Shown here: positions 1 through 8,604 of the stretch, piece by piece | Numbering within the stretch: position 1 is the first letter of the stretch | How the letters are laid out: every line of letters begins with the position of its first letter | Virus record (IMG/VR): IMGVR_UViG_3300024351_000013 | DNA length: 64,000 nucleotides | Source: a virus | Lineage: Duplodnaviria > Caudoviricetes | Strand: one strand, 5' to 3' | Notes under the pieces: model-generated | What the model was told of the DNA's origin: nothing | The model's input: the letters and a program-made list of their open reading frames with translations, nothing else | Databases searched by the model: none | Translations under genes and position numbers: made by a program

Positions 1-720
1 TTTAAATCGGTCTTTTACGAGTTGGTCTGAGTTATAACTAATCAATTGATGCATATTAACACGAAAATCACAATCAGCAGCAAACTTATCATGATCGAAT
101 CCTTTGTGCATTGATCCCTTACGCCCATAGAGATTATCCTTAATATCATAAGGAGGATCGAGATACACAAAAGCAGTAGTGTCTCCATCCAAAAGATAAT
201 CGTATGAATAGTTAGTTATACGCCAATGCTTAATTATCTTAGAATACTCAGGCAGTTTTTCAATCCCACGCAAACTGAAGTTGTTGTTGGATGCCTGTGG
301 TGAAAATGATGAACTCTCCGTGAGACCACTGAAACTACACTTATTGACAACATAGAAAGCCACAGCACGATCAATGCTTGGCAAATCCTTGTCATTTACT
401 TGCTCCTTTGCTTTAAGAAAAAGTTCTTTTGCCAGGACCGGAGTATTATTTGTCGTCTTAAGATCTACAAGTTTATCTTTAATATCCACCCCAAACATCT
501 GGAGTTGTTGCCAGAAGTTTACAAGAGGTTCATATAAATCATTCACCCAAATATCTAGGTTAGGATACTTCTTTGTGATATAAATCGCAACACTTCCACC
601 ACCAAGAAATGGTTCACGGAACTCACGATAATCACGAAGGTCTGGAAAGTATGGTCCCATCTTTTCACATGCGCGGGATTTACCACCAGGATATCTTAGA
701 GGTGTTTTAAGAGATTTCAT
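1..720 (-). CDS. dam: DNA adenine methyltransferase (Dam/D12 class), runs off the window edge
   Basis: Hand translation from ATG at 720 gives MKSLKTPLRYPGGKSRA...EPFLGGGSV (SAM-binding motif) and VYLDPPY (catalytic motif). Absent from the ORF track because it is truncated. Confidence 0.93.
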   Translation of the reverse strand, partial: MKSLKTPLRYPGGKSRACEKMGPYFPDLRDYREFREPFLGGGSVAIYITKKYPNLDIWVNDLYEPLVNFWQQLQMFGVDIKDKLVDLKTTNNTPVLAKELFLKAKEQVNDKDLPSIDRAVAFYVVNKCSFSGLTESSSFSPQASNNNFSLRGIEKLPEYSKIIKHWRITNYSYDYLLDGDTTAFVYLDPPYDIKDNLYGRKGSMHKGFDHDKFAADCDFRVNMHQLISYNSDQLVKDRFK

Positions 721-881
721 TCTACAATACACCTCACAGATATTTGAGTTGTTTTAGTTGCTTCTGCCATCTCACGATATCCAGATCCAACATAAATTTG
801 ACCCCCAACTACAGCAACTGCCATAGCACCCCAAAAGATGTAATACCATTTAGATTTTACTTGATGTTGCTTATTTTCCAT
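717..881 (-). CDS. Small hypothetical membrane protein, 54 aa
   Basis: Hand translation MENKQHQVKSKWYYIFWGAMAVAVVGGQIYVGSGYREMAEATKTTQISVRCIVE*. One hydrophobic stretch; the stop overlaps the dam start (ATGA). Confidence 0.7.
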   Translation of the reverse strand: MENKQHQVKSKWYYIFWGAMAVAVVGGQIYVGSGYREMAEATKTTQISVRCIVE

Positions 882-883
882 TT

Positions 884-1177
884 TCACAACACCAATTTTT
901 TCTCGTCTGGAGTAATGAGTTTACTTCCATAAATCTCATTATATTTTTTCTTAACTCCAGAATCAACTTCTGCAATATAGACAATATGATTCCTAGAAAC
1001 AATAAGTTCAGGATTATCTTTATCAATAACTGTAGCCCAAGGAGCAAATCCAACGCTTTGTCCTGTAGGAAGAACTACTAGACCATTCTTTACGGTTACA
1101 AAGCTATCATCTTCAGAAATAACTTCTGCGATGATTTCTTCGCCAGTTAAAATACGAAACAGTTTTACATTAATCAT
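884..1177 (-). CDS. Conserved T4-like phage hypothetical protein (Sm-like beta fold suspected)
   Basis: VKLFRILTGEEIIAEV N-terminus; overlaps the gp44 stop. Confidence 0.7.
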   Translation of the reverse strand: MINVKLFRILTGEEIIAEVISEDDSFVTVKNGLVVLPTGQSVGFAPWATVIDKDNPELIVSRNHIVYIAEVDSGVKKKYNEIYGSKLITPDEKKLVL

Positions 1178-2118
1178 TTGAATTCACACTCCACCATAAT
1201 TTCAGTAAGGGCAGCAAGAAGATTTATTTCCTGGTCAGCAACGAACGCACATTGGTATTGATACTTAGCAATAACAAGAACGGCAGCAGGGATAGATGCG
1301 GGAACAAGGCAATCGTAAGCGGCGTCATAAACCCTGCGAAGAAGACTAGAAGCATCGTTGTCCAGGTTGGAGACCACCCACTTTCTGACTTCAGGAAAGT
1401 TTTTATCTTTGAGGTTTTTAATAAGTTCATTTACAGAGATGTCTGAGAAAGATGCAAGAATGCCCGAGTCAATTTTTCCTCCTGTAGAATACCTCTGGCA
1501 TTCGTTGAGGACCCTACGAAAATCTGGGAAGTGTTTTGTAACCAATTCTGCAACGACTTTTTCATCATACTCAATCCTTTCAGAATCCAAGATTGATTGA
1601 AGTCGTTGAAAGAAACTTCCCGCAAGTTGAACTCTTTGCTTCCCTTTGATGGTGAAGTCGATGACGGCACATCGGGAGTGAAGAGGTTCGATAATCTTGT
1701 TCTTGTAGTTACAGGTGAAGATGAATCGACAGTTGTTATAAAATGCCTCAATATTCGCCCGTAGTAGGAGTTGAACATCGTTGCCCGTGTTGTCAGCTTC
1801 GTCAATGATGATGACTTTGTGTTTAGAAGATCCCGTAAGTGAGACGGTCGAAGCGAAGTTTTTCGCTTGGTTCCGTACAGTATCCAGGAAACGCCCTTCG
1901 TCGGATCCGTTGATGACATAATAGTCTGCCCCCAATTCATTACATAATGCTTTTGCGATGGTGGTTTTACCAATACCAGGAGGTCCTGCTAGAAGGAGAT
2001 TAGGAATCTCACCTTTTGCCACAAACTCCTTAAATGTTTTTTTAGTTTCATCAGGAAGAATACAATCCTCAATTACTTGAGGACGGTATCGTTCCACGAA
2101 AAGGAAATCACTGCTCAT
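1174..2118 (-). CDS. gp44: Clamp loader large subunit, AAA+ (T4 gp44)
   Basis: VERYRPQ, Walker A GPPGIGKT, Walker B IIIDEAD, SRC motif. Start placed at ATG 2118 (MSSDFL). Confidence 0.96.
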   Translation of the reverse strand: MSSDFLFVERYRPQVIEDCILPDETKKTFKEFVAKGEIPNLLLAGPPGIGKTTIAKALCNELGADYYVINGSDEGRFLDTVRNQAKNFASTVSLTGSSKHKVIIIDEADNTGNDVQLLLRANIEAFYNNCRFIFTCNYKNKIIEPLHSRCAVIDFTIKGKQRVQLAGSFFQRLQSILDSERIEYDEKVVAELVTKHFPDFRRVLNECQRYSTGGKIDSGILASFSDISVNELIKNLKDKNFPEVRKWVVSNLDNDASSLLRRVYDAAYDCLVPASIPAAVLVIAKYQYQCAFVADQEINLLAALTEIMVECEFK

Positions 2119-2120
2119 AA

Positions 2121-2633
2121 TTAAATCCACGAAGGTCGTCTTTCGGGCATACGAAGATAGTTATCAGCAACCCAAGGTTTGGATGCAATATATCTTTTGT
2201 ATGCTTCAAATGTATCAATGGTGTCGTCAAACTTCCATTCCTCAGGCATAGCACGAGCAAATGGAGTCACCTCCGTAATCTTACCCTTGGGAAACAAATA
2301 GTATGCATCCACAAGGGTTTTATAACAGGAGTGAGTTTTATTATACCGCAGGCAGTATTCATCAGACAAGTTCAATCCCCACTTGATTAACCAGTAGGCA
2401 TTATGGATACTCTCCATAGCCCACTTTGTGCAGGGGTGATTGCGGAATGCTCCTTTCTCGGTCTTGTAGGGGGTTCCATCTGCCTTAGGGAGGGTGCCAT
2501 ACCCATATCCCCACTTATCAGATGCCACGATAGAAAGCATCTGACAACACTCTAATGGCATCTTAACAATATGTTTATCGGGGAGACAGATAGCACTTTC
2601 AGCAGGCCATGGTGATGTAACAAATATATTCAT
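2121..2633 (-). CDS. Pyrimidine-dimer DNA glycosylase (DenV-related) family protein
   Basis: MNIFVT...DKHIVKMPLECCQMLS, HPCTKW and TPFARAMP motifs typical of this family. Confidence 0.75.
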   Translation of the reverse strand: MNIFVTSPWPAESAICLPDKHIVKMPLECCQMLSIVASDKWGYGYGTLPKADGTPYKTEKGAFRNHPCTKWAMESIHNAYWLIKWGLNLSDEYCLRYNKTHSCYKTLVDAYYLFPKGKITEVTPFARAMPEEWKFDDTIDTFEAYKRYIASKPWVADNYLRMPERRPSWI

Positions 2634-2635
2634 AA

Positions 2636-3055
2636 TCAAAAACAATACTTTTGAAGTACGTAATTCACTTTATCTGGTTTATCTTCCATCCAGAATGCTT
2701 CATGTTCCATTTGTTCGGAAGCATTAGATAATCCAACAGATTTTTGAACATCTTGAAGTTTTTCTGGCAAAAGTGACATATCTTTTAATGAAATATAAAA
2801 TGGTTTATAACCATTACACATATGGGCAATATGTGTTGCTTCATGATAAACCGTTTCATTTACATAATGTTTTAGATCATAACCACCTTCTTTAATATTT
2901 TTGGTGCAAATAACCAATTTATCAAAGTCACTATAACCAAAATAATTTTTATCTCTACAATATCCAATATTTTCTTTAACTGGATAACCTGCTTTGATTA
3001 CATTATTAATAATTTTATTGGCAGTAGGTGTGAGATAAAGAAGAAATTCCATCAA
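2636..3055 (-). CDS. Hypothetical protein with HEXXH zinc-metallopeptidase-like motif
   Basis: VYHEATHIAH followed by downstream EHEA. Confidence 0.6.
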   Translation of the reverse strand: MMEFLLYLTPTANKIINNVIKAGYPVKENIGYCRDKNYFGYSDFDKLVICTKNIKEGGYDLKHYVNETVYHEATHIAHMCNGYKPFYISLKDMSLLPEKLQDVQKSVGLSNASEQMEHEAFWMEDKPDKVNYVLQKYCF

Positions 3056-3717
3056 CCAAAAGTAGAATCGGGTTCCAAAGCAATATAATAGGTCACATCA
3101 AATCCAGTATTCTTGAATCGTGACAAAAGTTTGGAAGAAATTACAACTTCATAAGCACCAGGAATAATCTTGATGTTTTCTACCTTAAAGTTGAATGTGA
3201 ACACTTCATCAGTTTCACCAACAACAACAGAAAAATCATTGGAGGTATCGTTCTTCTTATCACGAACAACCAGTTTCACCACACCTGCTTCGCCAACCAC
3301 AGACAAGTCAGGAAGTTGATACACAGCAGCAGCTTTAAGGAGTTTATCAAGTTCCTTGGTATCAAGAATGAAACAAACATCTTCGGAAGGAAGAGAAATA
3401 GATTTATCGGGAGGAGTAACGATTACATTAGGGTCTGCAAAGAAATACTTAGAACGAGACCGACCTTCCTTAATAACTACATAACCATCATTCTGGAAAT
3501 CAAGTTCAGCATTCTGATGAAGATTGAGACCATTCAGAAATTGATTGAGATCGTAGATACCAAAATCTTTGGGAAGTTCTTCTTCGATTGTTGCTTCCGC
3601 GAGAATATTCTTCATTACAGAAATAGTACGAAGATTATTTCCTTCTTTAAACAGAATAGACTGGTTAATAGAAGAGAAGTTCTTGAGGAGCGTGAGAGTT
3701 TTATCAGAGAGTTTCAT
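3052..3717 (-). CDS. gp45: Sliding clamp (T4 gp45)
   Basis: MKLSDKTLTLLKNFSSINQSI...YYIALE; position near gp44. Confidence 0.95.
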   Translation of the reverse strand: MKLSDKTLTLLKNFSSINQSILFKEGNNLRTISVMKNILAEATIEEELPKDFGIYDLNQFLNGLNLHQNAELDFQNDGYVVIKEGRSRSKYFFADPNVIVTPPDKSISLPSEDVCFILDTKELDKLLKAAAVYQLPDLSVVGEAGVVKLVVRDKKNDTSNDFSVVVGETDEVFTFNFKVENIKIIPGAYEVVISSKLLSRFKNTGFDVTYYIALEPDSTFG

Positions 3718-3722
3718 AATAA

Positions 3723-4130
3723 TCAGCGAAATTCAGAGAGACCGTTATCTTTACGAGTGTAGTGTCCATCAAAGTGGAGCAGAAGCATAGCATAGTGAAT
3801 CACTTTAAGCAAATCACGCTTATTGCGTCCATCCTTGTCACCGTAGCGACTACCATACTTAATGATGTTTGCTTGACAGAACCCAGCAGCAAGTTCTTTT
3901 GCTGCCATTAGGTCAATTGTCTGAACATCTTTGTAATCTTGTTCATGACCACAGTAGTGACTACCATAAGTGCTGGTTACATAGTCTTGAATATCTTTCA
4001 GAATTTTATCTTCATTGTATTTCCAAAGATGATTAGTAGGTTCGTTCATATTCAAATGCTTTTTTGTGAGTTCAATAATATCTTCACCATCTCTATAAAG
4101 AGTGAAGTTGTTGTAAGGATACTTGTCCAT
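3723..4130 (-). CDS. DUF3310-like hypothetical protein
   Basis: HY...QTID...FCQANIIKYGSRYGDKDG..DLLKVIHYA pattern. Start placed at ATG 4130, downstream of the sigma70 promoter. Confidence 0.65.
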   Translation of the reverse strand: MDKYPYNNFTLYRDGEDIIELTKKHLNMNEPTNHLWKYNEDKILKDIQDYVTSTYGSHYCGHEQDYKDVQTIDLMAAKELAAGFCQANIIKYGSRYGDKDGRNKRDLLKVIHYAMLLLHFDGHYTRKDNGLSEFR

Positions 4131-4165
4131 AATTAAGAAAAGGGAAGGCACAATTACCTTCCCCA

Positions 4166-4194
4166 ATTATATCAAACAGACTGGTATGTGTCAA
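4166..4194 (-). promoter_or_regulatory. Consensus sigma70-type (early) promoter
   Basis: Minus strand TTGACA (4194-4189), 17-nt spacer, TATAAT (4171-4166). Confidence 0.85.
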
Positions 4195-5275
4195 TGGACT
4201 CTTCAACAGGCATCTGGAAGTCAGCATCCACTTTGTCATAAAGTTCAAGGAATGCTTGCTTGGTTTCATCATCAAAGCGGTTCACACACACTTGGATTGC
4301 CTTTGCCTTGTCTTGGAAGATGCTGTAAGCACGGATGATGTGAACCAGACGGCGGGTGCTGATGATTTCCTCAATACCACCATCGTAGAAGGTCTTGCGG
4401 ATGATATCTGCCCAGTCAACCAGGCGCTTGCAGAAATCACGGTCTTCCACGCCAAGGTCCAGAGCGATGCCTTCCAGAATCTTCTGCTCAGTAGCAGGAG
4501 CAGGGTAGGACTGCTCAAAGGTCACAGGGAAACGCTCTAGGAACGCTTCGTTGAGCACATTGGTGCCAATGAAACGTCCGTCATCAGAACCCTTACCCTT
4601 AGTATTAGCGGTGGCAATCACATTAAAACCAGCGGCAGGTTTTACCCAGCGACCAATCTTTTTCAGGAAAACACCTTTACCTTCGAGAATAGATTGCAAA
4701 CAAAGAATCTTGTTAGAAGCAAGGTCAATCTCATCCAACAGAAGAATAGCACCACGCTCAAGTGCTTCAATCACGGGACCGTTGTGCCAAGCAGTATTCC
4801 CATCAACAAGACGGAAACCCCCAATAAGATCGTCTTCATCAGTCTCAATAGTGATATTGACGCGAATCAGTTCACGCTTAAGTTGAGCACACGCTTGCTC
4901 AACAGAGAACGTTTTACCGTTACCCGAAAGACCCGTAATAAACGTAGGATAAAAGAGACGGGACTGAATAATTTTTTTAACATCAGCAAAGTTACCAAAC
5001 TTGACGAAGGTATCATCTTTATCGGGAATAAGGTTTTGTTCCACAGCAGGAATCGCAGCAGGTGCTTGGAAAGTGCGTTCAATTTCTTTTACTTTTTGTT
5101 GCGTAACTTCAAGATTCCATTTACCACGACCCACTTTAAATTGGTCAAGTTTTTTTGTAACAGTTTGATAGTTAGCATCGTTCAGATTACACCAAGCACG
5201 AATATCAGCACCAGTGATAGTGCTACCATACAGGTTTTGAAGAGAAGTGCGGATGTAGTCAGAGGAGAGTGCCAT
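4172..5275 (-). CDS. cobS: CobS-like MoxR AAA+ ATPase
   Basis: GLSGNGKT Walker A, LLLDEID Walker B, TANTKGKG, NEAFLERF, STRRL. Start placed at MALSSDY. Confidence 0.9.
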   Translation of the reverse strand: MALSSDYIRTSLQNLYGSTITGADIRAWCNLNDANYQTVTKKLDQFKVGRGKWNLEVTQQKVKEIERTFQAPAAIPAVEQNLIPDKDDTFVKFGNFADVKKIIQSRLFYPTFITGLSGNGKTFSVEQACAQLKRELIRVNITIETDEDDLIGGFRLVDGNTAWHNGPVIEALERGAILLLDEIDLASNKILCLQSILEGKGVFLKKIGRWVKPAAGFNVIATANTKGKGSDDGRFIGTNVLNEAFLERFPVTFEQSYPAPATEQKILEGIALDLGVEDRDFCKRLVDWADIIRKTFYDGGIEEIISTRRLVHIIRAYSIFQDKAKAIQVCVNRFDDETKQAFLELYDKVDADFQMPVEESIDTYQSV

Positions 5276-5300
5276 TTGTTTGCTTTGTTTCAACATAGTC

Positions 5301-5306
5301 ATTATA
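5301..5306 (-). promoter_or_regulatory. Possible -10 box (TATAAT) upstream of cobS
   Basis: ATTATA on + strand just downstream (minus sense) of the terminator; no clear -35. Confidence 0.45.
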
Positions 5307-5310
5307 GACC

Positions 5311-5334
5311 AAAAAGGGGTCCTCTTGGGACCCC
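5311..5334 (-). terminator. Rho-independent terminator
   Basis: Stem GGGGTCC/GGACCCC (5316-5322, 5328-5334), 5-nt loop, U5 tract on minus strand. Confidence 0.75.
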
Positions 5335-5339
5335 AGTGG

Positions 5340-5525
5340 TCAGTTCTCCAATTGGTTCTTGAGTTCTTTGAGATACTCTTCGCTGGCAATATGTCCAGTA
5401 TATCCTGGATAGTATTTATTAACTAAAGAAGGAATACCAATAGCAGTTGTGCTGCTATTGCATTTAATCCATACTTCTTTAGTATCATATTTTACTACAT
5501 GTTCAAATGGAAATTTAGTTTTCAT
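5340..5525 (-). CDS. Hypothetical protein, 61 aa
   Basis: Operon-consistent ORF overlapping the upstream stop, followed by a terminator. Confidence 0.65.
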   Translation of the reverse strand: MKTKFPFEHVVKYDTKEVWIKCNSSTTAIGIPSLVNKYYPGYTGHIASEEYLKELKNQLEN

Positions 5526-6235
5526 TTTTTATTTCGTTCTTCTTGTTTACGCTTTGCAAATTGCATATAAGTTTCACCTGGTTTTAGGCGATTACTATAA
5601 TCTTGTTTTGTTTGTGCAGATGTATTTTGACCTCTGTTTTCTCGAGCTCTCATCTTGTTGCCAGCGCCACTAATAGCAGCATCTTTTTTGGGATCTGGAT
5701 GCCACCAGTCACCCGCCTCACTCATATTCTGTTCATAAGTAAATGTCTTGTTTTTAACTTTAGTATCAAACTCACCAGTTCTACCTGGATTCATTTTACC
5801 GACTTTAACACGCTTACCCTCTCCTGGCCAAGACTTATTAGTTCCCACCAGTTGAGCAGAACCCTTTGGTTTTTTTTGAATTAAGACAGAATCTTGATTA
5901 TATTTTTTACCAAGTTTAGTGATTGCTTTTTTGAACTTTTTCTTACCCATTTTACCAGAAGAAACTACATGTGATTTCTCACCTACTTTTTTTTCTTGAG
6001 GAGTTCCTGGGTTTTCAGTATATCTACCAGATACCTTAGTAGGTCCTGGAAGACCAGCACCTCTAATATCTTTCTCCAATTGTTTTGAACGCGCTTTATT
6101 TTCTTTCTTTGATTTATCGCCTCTTTGGGCAGACATAATTGCCATACCACCTTTTTCTGATTTTGAGCGAACTCTATTCAAAGATGTTTCTTGAATAGAG
6201 TAACACTCTACCACAAATTCTTGGAATGTTTTCAT
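5522..6235 (-). CDS. Basic protein with T4 internal-protein-like N-terminus (MKTFQEF)
   Basis: MKTFQEFVVE resembles the T4 IP capsid-targeting peptide MKTYQEFIAE; K-rich; late promoter motif just upstream. Confidence 0.7.
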   Translation of the reverse strand: MKTFQEFVVECYSIQETSLNRVRSKSEKGGMAIMSAQRGDKSKKENKARSKQLEKDIRGAGLPGPTKVSGRYTENPGTPQEKKVGEKSHVVSSGKMGKKKFKKAITKLGKKYNQDSVLIQKKPKGSAQLVGTNKSWPGEGKRVKVGKMNPGRTGEFDTKVKNKTFTYEQNMSEAGDWWHPDPKKDAAISGAGNKMRARENRGQNTSAQTKQDYSNRLKPGETYMQFAKRKQEERNKK

Positions 6236-8421
6236 GCTACCAAAGAAATAAATTCTCCTAATACTTTTTTATTTAGTTTTTTAGTCTTCAAAGATTTCAC
6301 AAAAGCAGATTTGATTTGAGATTTGGTTGCATCTTCAGCAATTTCAAATTCAGTATCTTGAGAAAGTGCGGTTGCAGACATTCCAAAGTATGCATCATAT
6401 CCAGAGTTAGTAATAGTGAAACTCTTCAGTTTTTTCCAATCACTCAGGATTTTATCATACACCTTACCATCATTGATAGAGTGATAAAGACCAATAAACC
6501 GACTTGCATTGCGACTTTCAAGAACACGAATACCAATAAAGTTTGTATTAGAAAACTTATCTTTCAAGTTCCTGAGAAGAGCATCAGTAAACTCATGATA
6601 ACCATATCCAATCTTATAGGTAGTTCCAAGTTTGCGGTCACGCAGGAAGGTTAGTTCTGGATTAATATATCCAGTTCCAAGAAATGGTTTCTTTTCCCAC
6701 TGGCGTTTGACTTCTTTGTGATAAACAAGTTGATTTGCCTCACCATCAGTCAAAACAATACACTGCACCTTCTGAAGTTTATTTTCTTTTTGAAACTTAG
6801 GAAGAATTTGGTTAAGAGTAATCAGTGCCTCATTTAGAGGAGTTCCAGAAAGACAAAGACGACTCGGATAGGTATAAGAAGAACTATAAGTCCTACCAAA
6901 ACAATAAGCAAGACGCCAAATGTTGAGCATTTGATTCTCAAGAACTTTACCAGAAACTTTACTAGTAAGAATGTTCATCATCGAGAAAGTTTCATCTACA
7001 ACCAGAAGACCATCTTTCTTTTGATAATGTGGAGTACGGTCTGCAGCGAGATAACGATCATTCTCATAATCATACTCACCGCGACGCCACTCACTAGTAA
7101 AAGCATAAACCTCAAAAGGAATGGAAACTTTCTTACAAAACCAAACAATGTTAAAGAGTTGTTTACAAGTATCAAGCATCACATCGCACATAGAACCACT
7201 CCAGTCCAACACAAATACCAGACCATGATTTTTGCCATCAGGAATCACAGATACTTTCTTGAACAAGTCTTCATTGTACTTGTAAGTATGAAGACGAGTT
7301 GTATCGAGAATACCAGTGCGAGCAGTTGATGCACGAGCATACTGGTCTGCTGCCTTACGGCACTCAAATTCTTTTACAAGGTAATTGACTTCTTTTTGGG
7401 CAGAAGACTTGAACTTCTTGAACTCAGTATCAGATTCTTTATAAAGATTTACTGGAGTATATCCCTTTTCTTGTGCGTGTTCATTATGAATTTTTTGTTG
7501 ATGAGCAAAAGAATCATCAATATCTTTATGAACTTCAGAGTTCTTACCAATAACAGTATCAAGATTTACTTGAGGAACCTCAATATAAACATTTTCATAT
7601 CCATCGTTACCCACAAGGTCACGAATCTTATCTTCCAAAGACTCTGCAGTGCGAACTTCAGGTTCTTCTTTTTCCCCAGAAGATTTTACAGGAGTTTCAT
7701 CACCTTGAGCAGTGCCGCCATAGGACTCAGAAGACTCTTTTTTGGAGGAGTTATCACTCTCACCTTCTTGCTCAGAAGAGGAGTCATTAGTCTCTACAAA
7801 ATCGCTTGCAGGAGACTGCGAGTTCCCTTGAGTTTCTTGCGAATCAAAGTCAGCAACCTTCTGCTGTTGTTCCTTTTCTTTTTTACAATACTTATAAAGT
7901 TCTTCAGCAGCAATCAATGTATCTGCAAAACTTTCACAAGCATCAATGATATTAATGATTTCTTTTTCCTCTGGAGCAAAATCAAGAGTCAAAAAGTTAC
8001 CAACTTTAAAATAAAGGTTAGCACGATCGGCAAGATTAAAAGTAGAAATATCTTCTTCTTTAAGTTGAAAGAAATCTTCTTCGTTCAGTTCCTTATAACC
8101 ATTGAAGAAAGTCTTAGCAAGTCCAGCATACTTACGCTTCATCAGTTTCTCAATGCGGGCATCTTCTACCACATTCACAAACTGCTGAGGAACCTTTGCA
8201 GTCTCAGTCCAATCTTCATCAGGAGTGAAGAGAGCATGACCCACCTCATGACCCACCAGAAGGTCATACACAAGACCACTTGCCTTTTCCCACAAAGGAA
8301 GGGTGAGAACACGAGTATGAACATTGAAGCACGCTGTAGGAACTTTCTTGTGCTCCACTACAAGGTCTTCAGTGGCAAGCAGTTTGGCAAGTTGGGATTT
8401 GATTTCGTGAGAGACTGCCAT
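6232..8421 (-). CDS. cobT: CobT-like protein: N-terminal HEXXH peptidase-like region plus C-terminal vWA domain
   Basis: GHEVGHALFT, NVVEDARIE, vWA MIDAS-like LDWSGSM, SGTPL, LTDGE. Usual partner of CobS. Confidence 0.85.
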   Translation of the reverse strand: MAVSHEIKSQLAKLLATEDLVVEHKKVPTACFNVHTRVLTLPLWEKASGLVYDLLVGHEVGHALFTPDEDWTETAKVPQQFVNVVEDARIEKLMKRKYAGLAKTFFNGYKELNEEDFFQLKEEDISTFNLADRANLYFKVGNFLTLDFAPEEKEIINIIDACESFADTLIAAEELYKYCKKEKEQQQKVADFDSQETQGNSQSPASDFVETNDSSSEQEGESDNSSKKESSESYGGTAQGDETPVKSSGEKEEPEVRTAESLEDKIRDLVGNDGYENVYIEVPQVNLDTVIGKNSEVHKDIDDSFAHQQKIHNEHAQEKGYTPVNLYKESDTEFKKFKSSAQKEVNYLVKEFECRKAADQYARASTARTGILDTTRLHTYKYNEDLFKKVSVIPDGKNHGLVFVLDWSGSMCDVMLDTCKQLFNIVWFCKKVSIPFEVYAFTSEWRRGEYDYENDRYLAADRTPHYQKKDGLLVVDETFSMMNILTSKVSGKVLENQMLNIWRLAYCFGRTYSSSYTYPSRLCLSGTPLNEALITLNQILPKFQKENKLQKVQCIVLTDGEANQLVYHKEVKRQWEKKPFLGTGYINPELTFLRDRKLGTTYKIGYGYHEFTDALLRNLKDKFSNTNFIGIRVLESRNASRFIGLYHSINDGKVYDKILSDWKKLKSFTITNSGYDAYFGMSATALSQDTEFEIAEDATKSQIKSAFVKSLKTKKLNKKVLGEFISLVA
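6270..6276 (-). promoter_or_regulatory. T4-type late promoter motif (CTAAATA)
   Basis: TATTTAG on + strand, 35 nt upstream of the 6235 start, inside the cobT 3' end. Confidence 0.6.
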
Positions 8422-8590
8422 TGGATTTGTTTCGTATGAGACCATCATAAAACGAAAGGTCGCCTTTTGGGCGACCCATGTGACGCTTTTTGAACTGGGC
8501 GAGTCGTGCTTTCGCTTGCCTCAGTGCTTGCGGTTTAAGTTTTCGTTTCTGTTCTTTCTTGGAATGGTGCTTCCAGTTTGGGACTTGCAT
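8369..8590 (-). CDS. Small basic hypothetical protein
   Basis: MQVPNWKHHSKKEQKRKLKPQALRQAKAR, K/R-rich, directly after gp46. The 3' end is uncertain because it overlaps cobT. Confidence 0.55.
   Translation of the reverse strand: MQVPNWKHHSKKEQKRKLKPQALRQAKARLAQFKKRHMGRPKGDLSFYDGLIRNKSNGSLSRNQIPTCQTACH
8450..8476 (-). terminator. Probable rho-independent terminator upstream of cobT
   Basis: Stem GGTCGCC/GGCGACC (8458-8464, 8470-8476) followed on the minus strand by TTTCGTTTT. Confidence 0.6.
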
Positions 8591-8604
8591 TGTTCTTGAG
8601 TGGT

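Noticed and set aside
3316-3762. 148-aa plus-strand ORF and other short plus-strand ORFs throughout the window
   Set aside because: All overlap well-supported minus-strand genes; no plus-strand gene is supported.
4694-5362. 222-aa plus-strand ORF
   Set aside because: Antisense shadow of cobS.
4172-8421. Cobalamin biosynthesis as the function of cobS/cobT
   Set aside because: No cobN or other cob genes are present; the motifs only support a generic MoxR AAA+/vWA pair.
7396-8439. 347-aa plus-strand ORF
   Set aside because: Antisense shadow of cobT with no recognisable motifs or expression signals.
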